DNA from: a virus
Lineage: Duplodnaviria > Caudoviricetes
Reading direction: 5' to 3' (one strand)
DNA length: 27,778 nt
IMG/VR virus record: IMGVR_UViG_3300020045_001131
Coordinates: 1-27,778 of that record
Position numbers and translations under genes: made by a program. Under the pieces are notes generated by a model, which had not been told where the DNA came from, did not search any database, and saw only the letters and a list, made by a program, of their open reading frames with translations. Below are positions 1-7,995 of the stretch, in pieces (position 1 is the stretch's first letter; each line of letters begins with the position of its first letter).

Positions 1-1
1 T

Positions 2-928
2 ACACCGGATATGATAGCCAAGACAACGGAAGCATTGGAGCTTTCCTATAACTTGGGCAGTGAAGGCGGCTCGATACGATTCATTGGGACACGGTATCAC
101 TTTAACGATACATACAAAACTATCATGCAGCGTGGCACGGCAATAGCCAGGATACACACAGCAACAGATGACGGTACGTTTGATGGCGAACCAGTATTGC
201 TGACTAGGGAGCGTTTAAATGATAAGCGCAGAGATCAAGGCCAATATACTTTTAACTGTCAAATGCTACAGAATCCAGTAGCGGACACCACGCAAGGCTT
301 CCAGCGTGAATGGTTACAGTATTACACTGGAGATGCTACATTAGGCACTAATCGTTACTTGCTGGTTGATGCAGCTAATGAGAAGCGCAAGTCATCTGAC
401 TATACGGCTATGTGGGTGGTTGGCCTTGGGACGGACGGCAACTACTATATACTAGACATGATACGTGACCGATTAAACATCACGCAACGTGCTGAATTGG
501 TAATGAGGCTACACAGGAAGTGGAAACCCAAAGAAGTCAGGTATGAACGCTATGGCATGATGGCTGATGTGGAGTTCATCAAGCGCTTACAGATCGAGCA
601 GAACTACAGGTTCGAGATTTTAGAGGTAGCAGGCCAAACGCCGAAGAATGACAGAATACGCAGGCTGGTTCCATTATTTGAGCAAAAGAAGATATACTTA
701 CCGCAAGCCATGTTCAAGACTGATTATGAGAACATAGCCCGTGAACTGGTTAATAGCTTCATTGAAGAGGAATACATGGCATTTCCTGTAGCTATCCATG
801 ATGACATGCTGGATGCTTTAGCTCGGATAGCAGAGCCAGATTTACCGTTAGTATGGCCTCAGATAGAAGATGAGCCAGAACGATACAGCCGCAAGAAAGT
901 TAATAGGGGTACAGCTTGGGCAACATGA
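2..928 (+). CDS. terL: Terminase large subunit, C-terminal part (5' end lies outside the window)
   Basis: Frame is open to the window edge. IGTRYH coupling motif, CQMLQNP, RNase H-like nuclease motifs LLVDAA..SSDYTA and HDDMLDAL. Directly precedes the portal. Confidence 0.93.
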   Translation, partial: TPDMIAKTTEALELSYNLGSEGGSIRFIGTRYHFNDTYKTIMQRGTAIARIHTATDDGTFDGEPVLLTRERLNDKRRDQGQYTFNCQMLQNPVADTTQGFQREWLQYYTGDATLGTNRYLLVDAANEKRKSSDYTAMWVVGLGTDGNYYILDMIRDRLNITQRAELVMRLHRKWKPKEVRYERYGMMADVEFIKRLQIEQNYRFEILEVAGQTPKNDRIRRLVPLFEQKKIYLPQAMFKTDYENIARELVNSFIEEEYMAFPVAIHDDMLDALARIAEPDLPLVWPQIEDEPERYSRKKVNRGTAWAT

Positions 929-2853
929 ACGATGATGACTTAGTAAAATGGATTAACGGAGAAGTCCGAGAAGCCAAGATAAAGACCGCTGACTGGCGCA
1001 AGAATGCCCGTGAGTGTTACGCCTTCTACGCAGGAAAGCAATGGTCTGATACTGACGAATCATTACTCGCTGAACAAGGTCGCCCCGCTGTAGTATTCAA
1101 TCGCACCGCAAGAACAATCAATTCAATCTCAGGCCTAGAAGTACAGAACAGGCAAGAAGTCCGATTTATCCCCCGTGAAACAACCGACACCAAAGTAAGT
1201 GACGTACTATCAGCCGCTGCTAAATGGGTAAGAGATAACTGTGATGCAGAAGATGAAGAATCAGAATCATTCCAGGATGCATTAATCTGTGGCATGGGGT
1301 GGACTGAGACCTCATTGGAGTATGAGCGCAATCCCGATGGCGACATTATTGTAGAGCGTGATGACCCGCTATTCTACTTTTGGGACTGGAAGGCTAAGAA
1401 GCGTAACCTTGATGATGCAAGATGGAGAGCTAAAGTCTATCTTATGTCAGAGAAAGAGGTTAAAGAGAAATGGCCTAAGTGGGACGGCATATCTAAAGGT
1501 GAGGCTTGGATTGAGGATGAAGAAGAGCCACATGACTCTACACCACCTTTCTACGATGGCAAGACACAAAACCAAGGCGGCAAGAAGCCTATCGAGGTTC
1601 TCTGCTTCCAATGGTACGAAAAAGAAGATTTCCACCGCGTCCAATTGCCTGATGGCAGAATAATTGAGCTATCCACTAATAAATTCAACAAGCTTAAAGA
1701 ATCACTCGACGCAATGGGTACGCCCTATGTGTCACAGAAGCGCCGTAAATACATGAAGGCTTACGTGATAGGTTCATCATTATTGGGCCGTGAAGACTTG
1801 GAAGTACAGAATGGATTTACCTACAACGCTATTACTGGCCTGCGTGATCGCAACAATAATATTTGGTTTGGCGTAGTATCTCTGATGCTTGACCCGCAAC
1901 GGTGGGCAAACAAGTGGCTATCCCAGATCATGCACATTCTTAATTCTAACTCTAAAGGTGGATTGCTTGCTGAAAAAGACGCCTTCGAGAATCCAAGGAA
2001 GGCCGAAAAGGAATGGGCTGACCCTACAGCTATTACATGGCTTAACCAAGGCGGTATGGGTAAAGTCGAGCAAAAGACAATATCGCAAATGCCGTCAGGA
2101 ATTGAAGGGTTAATGCGGTATGCAGTAGAGAGTATTAATGACGTTCCTGGTGTTAACCTTGAAATGATGGGCATGGCTAATCGTGACCAGCCTGGCATAC
2201 TTGAGACAAGCCGCAAGCAAGCTGGCGTGACTATGCTGGCAGTGTTCTTTGATTCATTCCGTAGATACCGTAAAGAGCAAGGCCGCATCCTTGCCAAGAT
2301 GATTACTGAGTACATCGCAGACGGTAGATTGATTCGTATTGTAGGCAAGGATGGCGCTGATGTAATCCCTCTGTTAAAAGACCCAATGACGTTCCAATAC
2401 GACATTGTGGTAGATGATGCACCAACCTCACCAAACCAGAAAGAACGTATATTCGCTGTACTCATGCAAATCATGCCTCAAATGCTGCAAGCTGGCATCC
2501 CCGTACCTCCAGAAGTTGTAGACTACCTGCCATTGCCTGCTGGATTGACTGAGGAATGGAAGAAACTGCTAAAACCAAGCCCGGAAGCCGAGCAAGCCAA
2601 ACAGCAAGAAGCCGAGCAAATGAAACAAATGGGTATGCAGGCACAGTCAGCACAAATCTACAAAGACAAGACTGCTGGCGACTTGAATGCTGCCAAGGCA
2701 CAGGAAGTATCAACTACTCAGAACGACTACAACACTGAGACAGAATCAGATGCAGCGCTTAAACAATCTCAAGCCCACGTAAATACAACGAAGGCAGGAC
2801 TTAATCAGATTGATGCTCTAGTCAAACTGACAACTGATACAGTCAAGCAATAA
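916..2853 (+). CDS. Portal protein (P22-like)
   Basis: 645 aa after terL. FYAGKQW..GRPAVVFN and DPQRWANK motifs, YDIVVDDAPTSPNQK, Q-rich C-terminal barrel. Start is TTG916 (AGGGG RBS) or ATG925. Confidence 0.9.
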   Translation: MGNMNDDDLVKWINGEVREAKIKTADWRKNARECYAFYAGKQWSDTDESLLAEQGRPAVVFNRTARTINSISGLEVQNRQEVRFIPRETTDTKVSDVLSAAAKWVRDNCDAEDEESESFQDALICGMGWTETSLEYERNPDGDIIVERDDPLFYFWDWKAKKRNLDDARWRAKVYLMSEKEVKEKWPKWDGISKGEAWIEDEEEPHDSTPPFYDGKTQNQGGKKPIEVLCFQWYEKEDFHRVQLPDGRIIELSTNKFNKLKESLDAMGTPYVSQKRRKYMKAYVIGSSLLGREDLEVQNGFTYNAITGLRDRNNNIWFGVVSLMLDPQRWANKWLSQIMHILNSNSKGGLLAEKDAFENPRKAEKEWADPTAITWLNQGGMGKVEQKTISQMPSGIEGLMRYAVESINDVPGVNLEMMGMANRDQPGILETSRKQAGVTMLAVFFDSFRRYRKEQGRILAKMITEYIADGRLIRIVGKDGADVIPLLKDPMTFQYDIVVDDAPTSPNQKERIFAVLMQIMPQMLQAGIPVPPEVVDYLPLPAGLTEEWKKLLKPSPEAEQAKQQEAEQMKQMGMQAQSAQIYKDKTAGDLNAAKAQEVSTTQNDYNTETESDAALKQSQAHVNTTKAGLNQIDALVKLTTDTVKQ

Positions 2854-2909
2854 TTGCCGCATATAGCGGAATACGCCGTCTGACGTAATCAGGCACTAAG
2901 GAGATTTAA

Positions 2910-3761
2910 ATGGCGGAAGACACCGTAAATAGTCAGGAAGAATTTGTAGATGTAACCGATGAACAAGCGGACAAAATGTTTGAGAATGGCGGGGTGCTTG
3001 AAGTCGAAGACGAGCCGGAAGTTGATGTAACCGAGGAAAAGGCGCTGATCGAGGGTGTTAATGATCCTGTAGAAGAACCTGAATCAGAGGAAAAAAAGGA
3101 AGAGAAAAAGGTTAATCTCGGTGCGTTGCATGAAGAGCGCATGAAGCGCAAGGAGTTGCAGGAAAAAGTAGAAAAGATGGACAAGCGCTTCCAGCAAATA
3201 TTGGAAAGCCTGCAACCTAAAGAAGAAGTGCCAAGTATTGACGTTGACCCTGTGACCAACTTTGACACACGCATCCAGCAGGTAGAGCAATTTGCACAAC
3301 AACAGACACAGCAAGTACAGCAGCAACAAATGCATACCCAAGTGGTAACAGCATACCAAGCACAAGCAGCCGAGTATGCCAGCAAAAACCCTGAATTTAC
3401 TGATGCTTACCAATACTTAGTTAAAAACCGTATTGAAGAATTAAAAACATTCGGCTATGATGATGCAGGAGCGTTACAGGCAGTACAACAGGAAGAGTTC
3501 GGCATGGCATTAAAGTCATTGCAAGACGGTGTAAACCCCGCTGAACGTATCCACCAGATTGCCAAGTATCGCGGGTATCAAGGCAAGAAGCCAGAAGTAC
3601 AGACACAGGCTAAGAATTTAGAAGTAATCAACAAAGGCCAGCAGTCAGCAAAACCAAGCTCAGGCGGTGCGCCTGCTGGTGAGTTGACAATGGAATCACT
3701 TGCAGAAATGTCCGATGAAGAGTTTAATGCTAACTGGGACAAGATAGTAGGTAAGAAGTAA
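2910..3761 (+). CDS. Capsid scaffolding protein
   Basis: Between portal and capsid. Acidic N-terminus, coiled coil (ALHEERMKRKELQ), C-terminal MSDEEF coat-binding-like motif, AAGGAG RBS. Confidence 0.8.
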   Translation: MAEDTVNSQEEFVDVTDEQADKMFENGGVLEVEDEPEVDVTEEKALIEGVNDPVEEPESEEKKEEKKVNLGALHEERMKRKELQEKVEKMDKRFQQILESLQPKEEVPSIDVDPVTNFDTRIQQVEQFAQQQTQQVQQQQMHTQVVTAYQAQAAEYASKNPEFTDAYQYLVKNRIEELKTFGYDDAGALQAVQQEEFGMALKSLQDGVNPAERIHQIAKYRGYQGKKPEVQTQAKNLEVINKGQQSAKPSSGGAPAGELTMESLAEMSDEEFNANWDKIVGKK

Positions 3762-3868
3762 ATCCGTTCGTATAGCGTTATATACATCGTATTGCTCGCG
3801 TAAGAAGCTGAAAGCGCCATCCTGCGTTATGGGGTAAAAACTTTCATTCTTTAATTTGGAGCAATATC

Positions 3869-4942
3869 ATGGCTAATACGAACTATCCAGTGAATCACCC
3901 GCTGGCGCAAAAGCTGTGGTCACGCAAGCTATTCCATGAAATGATTGGCATGTCATATGTCGGTCGTTTCATGGGCACATCTGATTCTAGTCTCATTCAA
4001 ATCAAGACAGAGACACAGAAAGATGCTGGCGACCGTATCACAGTTGGCTTACGCCGTCTTTTAACTGGTGCTGGCATCCAAGGGGATAATACCCTAGAAG
4101 GTAACGAAGAAGCACTAACCACTTACGCAGACAATCTGTTTATTGACCAAATCCGCCATGCGGTACGTTCAAGCGGCAAAATGTCTGAGCAACGCATCCC
4201 CTGGGAAATCCGCGAAGAAATCCGTTCAGGCCTGCAAGACTGGTGGATTGAACGCTTAGAGGTCTCTGTAGCAAACCAATTGGCAGGTTATACTGCTGAA
4301 TCCAACACAATCTATACTGGCAACAACGCAACTCTAGCCCCATCTACAGCCAACAGCGTAACCCGTATCATTGTTGGTGGCGGTCATGCAACAGAAGCTT
4401 CACTCTCAGCTACTACCAATCATGCCATCTCACTAGCAGACCTAGATCGCGCAGTTGCTTATGCCAAGGTGCAAACCCCACGCATTCGCCCAATTCGCAT
4501 CGACGGTAAAGAAATGTGGGTTGCTTTCCTGCATCCATATCAAATCTATCAGCTTCGTCGTGATGCTTCTACTGCTGGTAACTTCTTTGATGTGCAAAAA
4601 GCTCAGTTGCAAGGCGGGAAGATTGGCGACAATCCTATCCTGACTGGCGCATCTTTCATCTACAACAACGTAATCGTGCACGAATGGGATTACCTGCCTA
4701 ACACTGTTAGCGCAACAACTAATAGTCTATATCGTCGCGGTGTATTCTGCGGTGCTCAGGCAGCTATCGCAGCATTCGGTCAAGGCGGCGGTCTGAACAA
4801 GATGGATTGGCAAGAAGAGTTATTCGACTACGGCAATCAATTGGGTGTGGAAGCTGGCCTGATTCTTGGCGTTAAGAAAACTCAGTACAATTCCGTTGAC
4901 TTTGGCACAATCGTGTTGAGCGGCTACGCTCCAGCACCATAA
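3869..4942 (+). CDS. Major capsid protein (N4-gp56/DUF4043-like family)
   Basis: 357 aa with KLWSRKLF, GDRIT, LEGNEEAL, EELFDYGN and C-terminal DFGTI motifs. Position after the scaffold. Confidence 0.9.
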   Translation: MANTNYPVNHPLAQKLWSRKLFHEMIGMSYVGRFMGTSDSSLIQIKTETQKDAGDRITVGLRRLLTGAGIQGDNTLEGNEEALTTYADNLFIDQIRHAVRSSGKMSEQRIPWEIREEIRSGLQDWWIERLEVSVANQLAGYTAESNTIYTGNNATLAPSTANSVTRIIVGGGHATEASLSATTNHAISLADLDRAVAYAKVQTPRIRPIRIDGKEMWVAFLHPYQIYQLRRDASTAGNFFDVQKAQLQGGKIGDNPILTGASFIYNNVIVHEWDYLPNTVSATTNSLYRRGVFCGAQAAIAAFGQGGGLNKMDWQEELFDYGNQLGVEAGLILGVKKTQYNSVDFGTIVLSGYAPAP

Positions 4943-4954
4943 AGGAGAAATAAC

Positions 4955-5422
4955 ATGGCTGCTACTACACTGACTTACACACTCAACATGGCTGCATCAC
5001 CTCGTGGCGTACACGTTGGCCTTAATCATCTTGATTGGGACATTAACGCTGGCACTACCGTTGTGGGCACCATTTCTGATGTGATTCTATTGGGTAAGAT
5101 TCCTAACGGCGCATTGATTCTGGACAAGAACATCAATTTCGGGGCGGTTGCTGGTGTTACAGCACAATCCTGGGCATTGACCTTGCTGGCCATCGAAGCA
5201 TCAGGCACTTACTCTCAATACGCCAACCTGACAGGCTCGTTGTCAGCTTCTACAGGCGCGGTTGTATTCCGCAACACTAAACCATTCAAGGTTTCGTTGT
5301 CGGATGATCGCGCAGTACAGTACGTTGTCCTAGCCCTGAATTGCACTACTGGCACTTCTGCAACAGCCAGTTTCAGTACTCAAGGCTTCGTGACTTACGC
5401 AGCGGACGGTTCAACCGTCTAA
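4955..5422 (+). CDS. Putative capsid decoration or minor head protein
   Basis: Strong AAGGAG RBS. Lies between the capsid gene and the terminator, so it is co-expressed with the capsid. Beta-rich and Thr/Ser-rich with a LGKIPNGA motif. Confidence 0.6.
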   Translation: MAATTLTYTLNMAASPRGVHVGLNHLDWDINAGTTVVGTISDVILLGKIPNGALILDKNINFGAVAGVTAQSWALTLLAIEASGTYSQYANLTGSLSASTGAVVFRNTKPFKVSLSDDRAVQYVVLALNCTTGTSATASFSTQGFVTYAADGSTV

Positions 5423-5427
5423 ACTTG

Positions 5428-5453
5428 GCAGGGGGTTCGCCCCCTGTTTTTTT
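5428..5453 (+). terminator. Rho-independent terminator after the capsid and decoration genes
   Basis: CAGGGGG-TTCG-CCCCCTG stem-loop followed by seven T. Confidence 0.9.
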
Positions 5454-5466
5454 GCTGGGAGTAGAT

Positions 5467-6786
5467 TTGTTTAACAAACTTTTGAACGATGCACTTGAAT
5501 TACACAAGGCAGGCAAGTTTAAAGAAGCACTATTTATCTATAACCGATTACTGAATTTATACCCGTTTGAAGAAACACTATTATTTTTAATCGCTGACGC
5601 TTATATGCGGGAAGAACACAACGGCCTCGCAGTCAGCCTTTTGCTGAATTTATTAACGAATAACCCGACACGGCCTGATGCATGGTGCAACTTGGGGACG
5701 GCATACCGCAAAGAGAACCACCTGGACAAAGCCAGCCACGCTTGGGAACAGTCTATTAAACATGGTGGAGACACGGTAGAAGCCTGTTCAAACATGGCAA
5801 GTCTATATGCGGATGCAGGGCAGCCAGAAAAAGCGCTAGAGTGGCTTAAACGTGCCTTAAAGCTATCCCCTGATAATGTTCAGGCTAATTGGTTAAAGTC
5901 CCTTGCTATGCTAACGCAGGCTAGATGGGATAAAGCGTGGGATGCCTACGAGTTTAGGCAGAAACTGGATAACTGGGACGGTCGCAAAACATTGACTTGC
6001 CCGATATGGAAAGGTGAGAAGGTAGGACATTTATATGTTCATGGTGAGCAGGGTGTGGGTGATGAGATTATGTTCTTGTCGATGATTGACGAAGCATTGC
6101 CTTATGCCGACAAGATTACTTTGGAAGTGAATAAAAAGGTATGCGAGATCGCCAGACAAACATGGCCTCAAATAAACGTAGTCCCTGTAGAAACGCAGGG
6201 TGATTATGACGCAAAGATACCTTTAGGCTCACTGGCAACAAAGTTTAGACGCGACAAAGCAAAGTTTAGCGGAAAACCTTATCTTAAACCTAGCCCAGAA
6301 CGCATAGAGTATTACCGTAACGAGTTAAAACAGTTAGGTGAAGGCCCATATATAGGGCTGGCATGGTTAGGCGGCATGAAGGGTACCAGAATCACGGACA
6401 GGACTATCAACCGTGAAGAATTAAAGCCTTTCATGGATAAATACACTTGTGTGTCTGTTCAATATGAGGATACCAACCCATTATTATCTTCTGAGCGTGA
6501 AGCAATGGGACTGACTAAGATTAACGATTTATGCATTGGTGGTGACTTGGCTGAACAGGCTGCTTTATTTTCTGCTTTGGATGCTGTAGTGACAGTCCAA
6601 CAGACAGCGGTGCATGTAGCTGGGGCGGTAGGGACTGATTGTTATGTCCTGTTGCAGAACAACCCGCAATGGCGATACGGACAGACTGACAAGATGCCTT
6701 GGTATAACTCGGTCAAGTTGTTTAAGAAGCAGGATAAATGGCCTGTGCAAACCATACTAAATGAACTGGATAAAAAATGGGCTTAA
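5467..6786 (+). CDS. TPR-repeat glycosyltransferase (N-terminal TPRs plus GT-B/GT9-like domain; FlbA/FlmG-like architecture)
   Basis: TPRs (DAWCNLGTAY, EACSNMASLY..GQPEKALEWLKRALKLSPDN). GT motifs HGEQGVGDEIMF, IPLGSL, IGLAW, LDAVVTVQQTAVHVAGAVG, PQWRY..PWYNSVKLF. Likely start TTG5467 with GGGAG RBS, not 5341. Confidence 0.85.
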   Translation: MFNKLLNDALELHKAGKFKEALFIYNRLLNLYPFEETLLFLIADAYMREEHNGLAVSLLLNLLTNNPTRPDAWCNLGTAYRKENHLDKASHAWEQSIKHGGDTVEACSNMASLYADAGQPEKALEWLKRALKLSPDNVQANWLKSLAMLTQARWDKAWDAYEFRQKLDNWDGRKTLTCPIWKGEKVGHLYVHGEQGVGDEIMFLSMIDEALPYADKITLEVNKKVCEIARQTWPQINVVPVETQGDYDAKIPLGSLATKFRRDKAKFSGKPYLKPSPERIEYYRNELKQLGEGPYIGLAWLGGMKGTRITDRTINREELKPFMDKYTCVSVQYEDTNPLLSSEREAMGLTKINDLCIGGDLAEQAALFSALDAVVTVQQTAVHVAGAVGTDCYVLLQNNPQWRYGQTDKMPWYNSVKLFKKQDKWPVQTILNELDKKWA

Positions 6787-7283
6787 TCTCGGCAGAATAT
6801 AAACAGATGAATGCCCAGATGCATAGGGAGAATGAAGCCTATGGAAAATCCAGTGGTAAATGGGTAAACGCAGTGATAGGACTTTCTGCAAAGTTTAATT
6901 GCGCTGATATTTTAGATTATGGCTGCGGGAAAGGCCTGCTAAAGCTAGGAATAGGTAATAAGGTAAGGGAGTATGACCCATCCATCGAAGGCAAAGACGC
7001 TACCCCTGAACCAGCCGATATGGTGGTATGTACTGACGTATTAGAACACATAGAGCCTGAATTGCTGGATGAAGTATTAAACGATATTCAAAGATGCACT
7101 AAACAACTGGCATTTTTAACTGTATCAACAAGACCTGCCAAAAAGATACTACCTGATGGCAGGAATGCTCACTTGATACAAGAGAATGCCGATTGGTGGC
7201 TACCTAAGTTAATGGAAAGATTCGAGCTTGAGAGTTTTCAGGCATTTAACAACGAGTTTTTAGTCGTGTTGAGGTCAAAATGA
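6777..7283 (+). CDS. Class I SAM-dependent methyltransferase
   Basis: Motif I ILDYGCGKG and DMVVCTDVLEHIEPE. Overlaps the glycosyltransferase stop. Confidence 0.88.
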   Translation: MGLISAEYKQMNAQMHRENEAYGKSSGKWVNAVIGLSAKFNCADILDYGCGKGLLKLGIGNKVREYDPSIEGKDATPEPADMVVCTDVLEHIEPELLDEVLNDIQRCTKQLAFLTVSTRPAKKILPDGRNAHLIQENADWWLPKLMERFELESFQAFNNEFLVVLRSK

Positions 7284-7381
7284 GACGCAGACAAGCATTT
7301 GCAGAGAAGAAAGAAAAGGTAATTCCGAAAGAGATTCCTATTGTTGAGAAGAAACCACGGGGAAGGCCAAAGGCTAAGTAA
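7280..7381 (+). CDS. 33-aa basic peptide with AT-hook (not in the ORF track)
   Basis: MRRRQAFAEKKEKVIPKEIPIVEKKPRGRPKAK. GAGG RBS, ATGA overlap upstream and TAATG overlap downstream, filling the gap exactly. Confidence 0.7.
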   Translation: MRRRQAFAEKKEKVIPKEIPIVEKKPRGRPKAK

Positions 7382-7995
7382 TGGCTACGTTTGACGAAAT
7401 GAAAGCTAACATTGCGGACTATTTAAGCCGCTCTGATCTGGATTCCGCTATCGAGAAGGGAATTAAACGCGCCATTAAGTTCTATGAGCGCGAAGAGTTC
7501 TCTTTTATGGAAAACACAGGCTCATTCGTCACAGTAACCGGTACACAGTCCTACACTATCTCTGCAACGGTAGGCTACGCCTCTATCGAGCAGGTTATGA
7601 TTAACTACAACAATGCACGCTTTGAAGCTGTCCGTGAAAACTACGACATACTGAATGCATTGGACGCTACGTTATTAGGCTCTATGCCTACAAGGTGGGC
7701 TGAGTTTGGCGGAGAGGTGGTATTTTATCCAATTCCTAACGGTTCCTATACAGTCTCGTATCAGTTCTTTCCAAAGATGGCTGAACTGACTACTGGGACT
7801 GATACAAACGTATTAATGGAGAATGCAGAGGACTTGATAGAAGCGCATGCTGCATGGTGGGTAGCCTCTCGTAAAATGCGTAACTTTGTACTTGCTGCAC
7901 AATTCAAGCAGGATGAGATGGAAGCACTCCGGCAAGTTAGACGCGAAAGCGGAGGTAAATTGGCATCAGGCCATATTACCCCGACACAATTTTGA
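7381..7995 (+). CDS. Head-tail adaptor (podoviral tail tubular protein A-like)
   Basis: 204 aa. IADYLSRSDL N-terminus, G.PTRWA..VVFYPIPNGSYTV, TNVLMENAEDL. Precedes the nozzle. Confidence 0.7.
   Translation: MATFDEMKANIADYLSRSDLDSAIEKGIKRAIKFYEREEFSFMENTGSFVTVTGTQSYTISATVGYASIEQVMINYNNARFEAVRENYDILNALDATLLGSMPTRWAEFGGEVVFYPIPNGSYTVSYQFFPKMAELTTGTDTNVLMENAEDLIEAHAAWWVASRKMRNFVLAAQFKQDEMEALRQVRRESGGKLASGHITPTQF

Noticed and set aside
1821-2474. 217-aa antisense ORF, and similar shadow ORFs such as 2933-3385, 13287-14087, 21864-22214 and 22764-23111
   Set aside because: They lie opposite well-supported genes and have no recognisable motifs. They are expected by-products of codon bias.
4920-4960. 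Programmed frameshift or read-through extending the capsid protein
   Set aside because: No slippery sequence is visible, and the next gene has its own strong RBS.
5341-5466. N-terminal extension of the glycosyltransferase ORF given in the track
   Set aside because: It overlaps the decoration gene and runs through the terminator. TTG5467 has its own RBS and begins the TPR region.
6777-7283. Methyltransferase as a DNA methylase for anti-restriction
   Set aside because: It lacks the DPPY/NPPY or PC catalytic motifs. The DVLEH pattern fits small-molecule or glycan methyltransferases.
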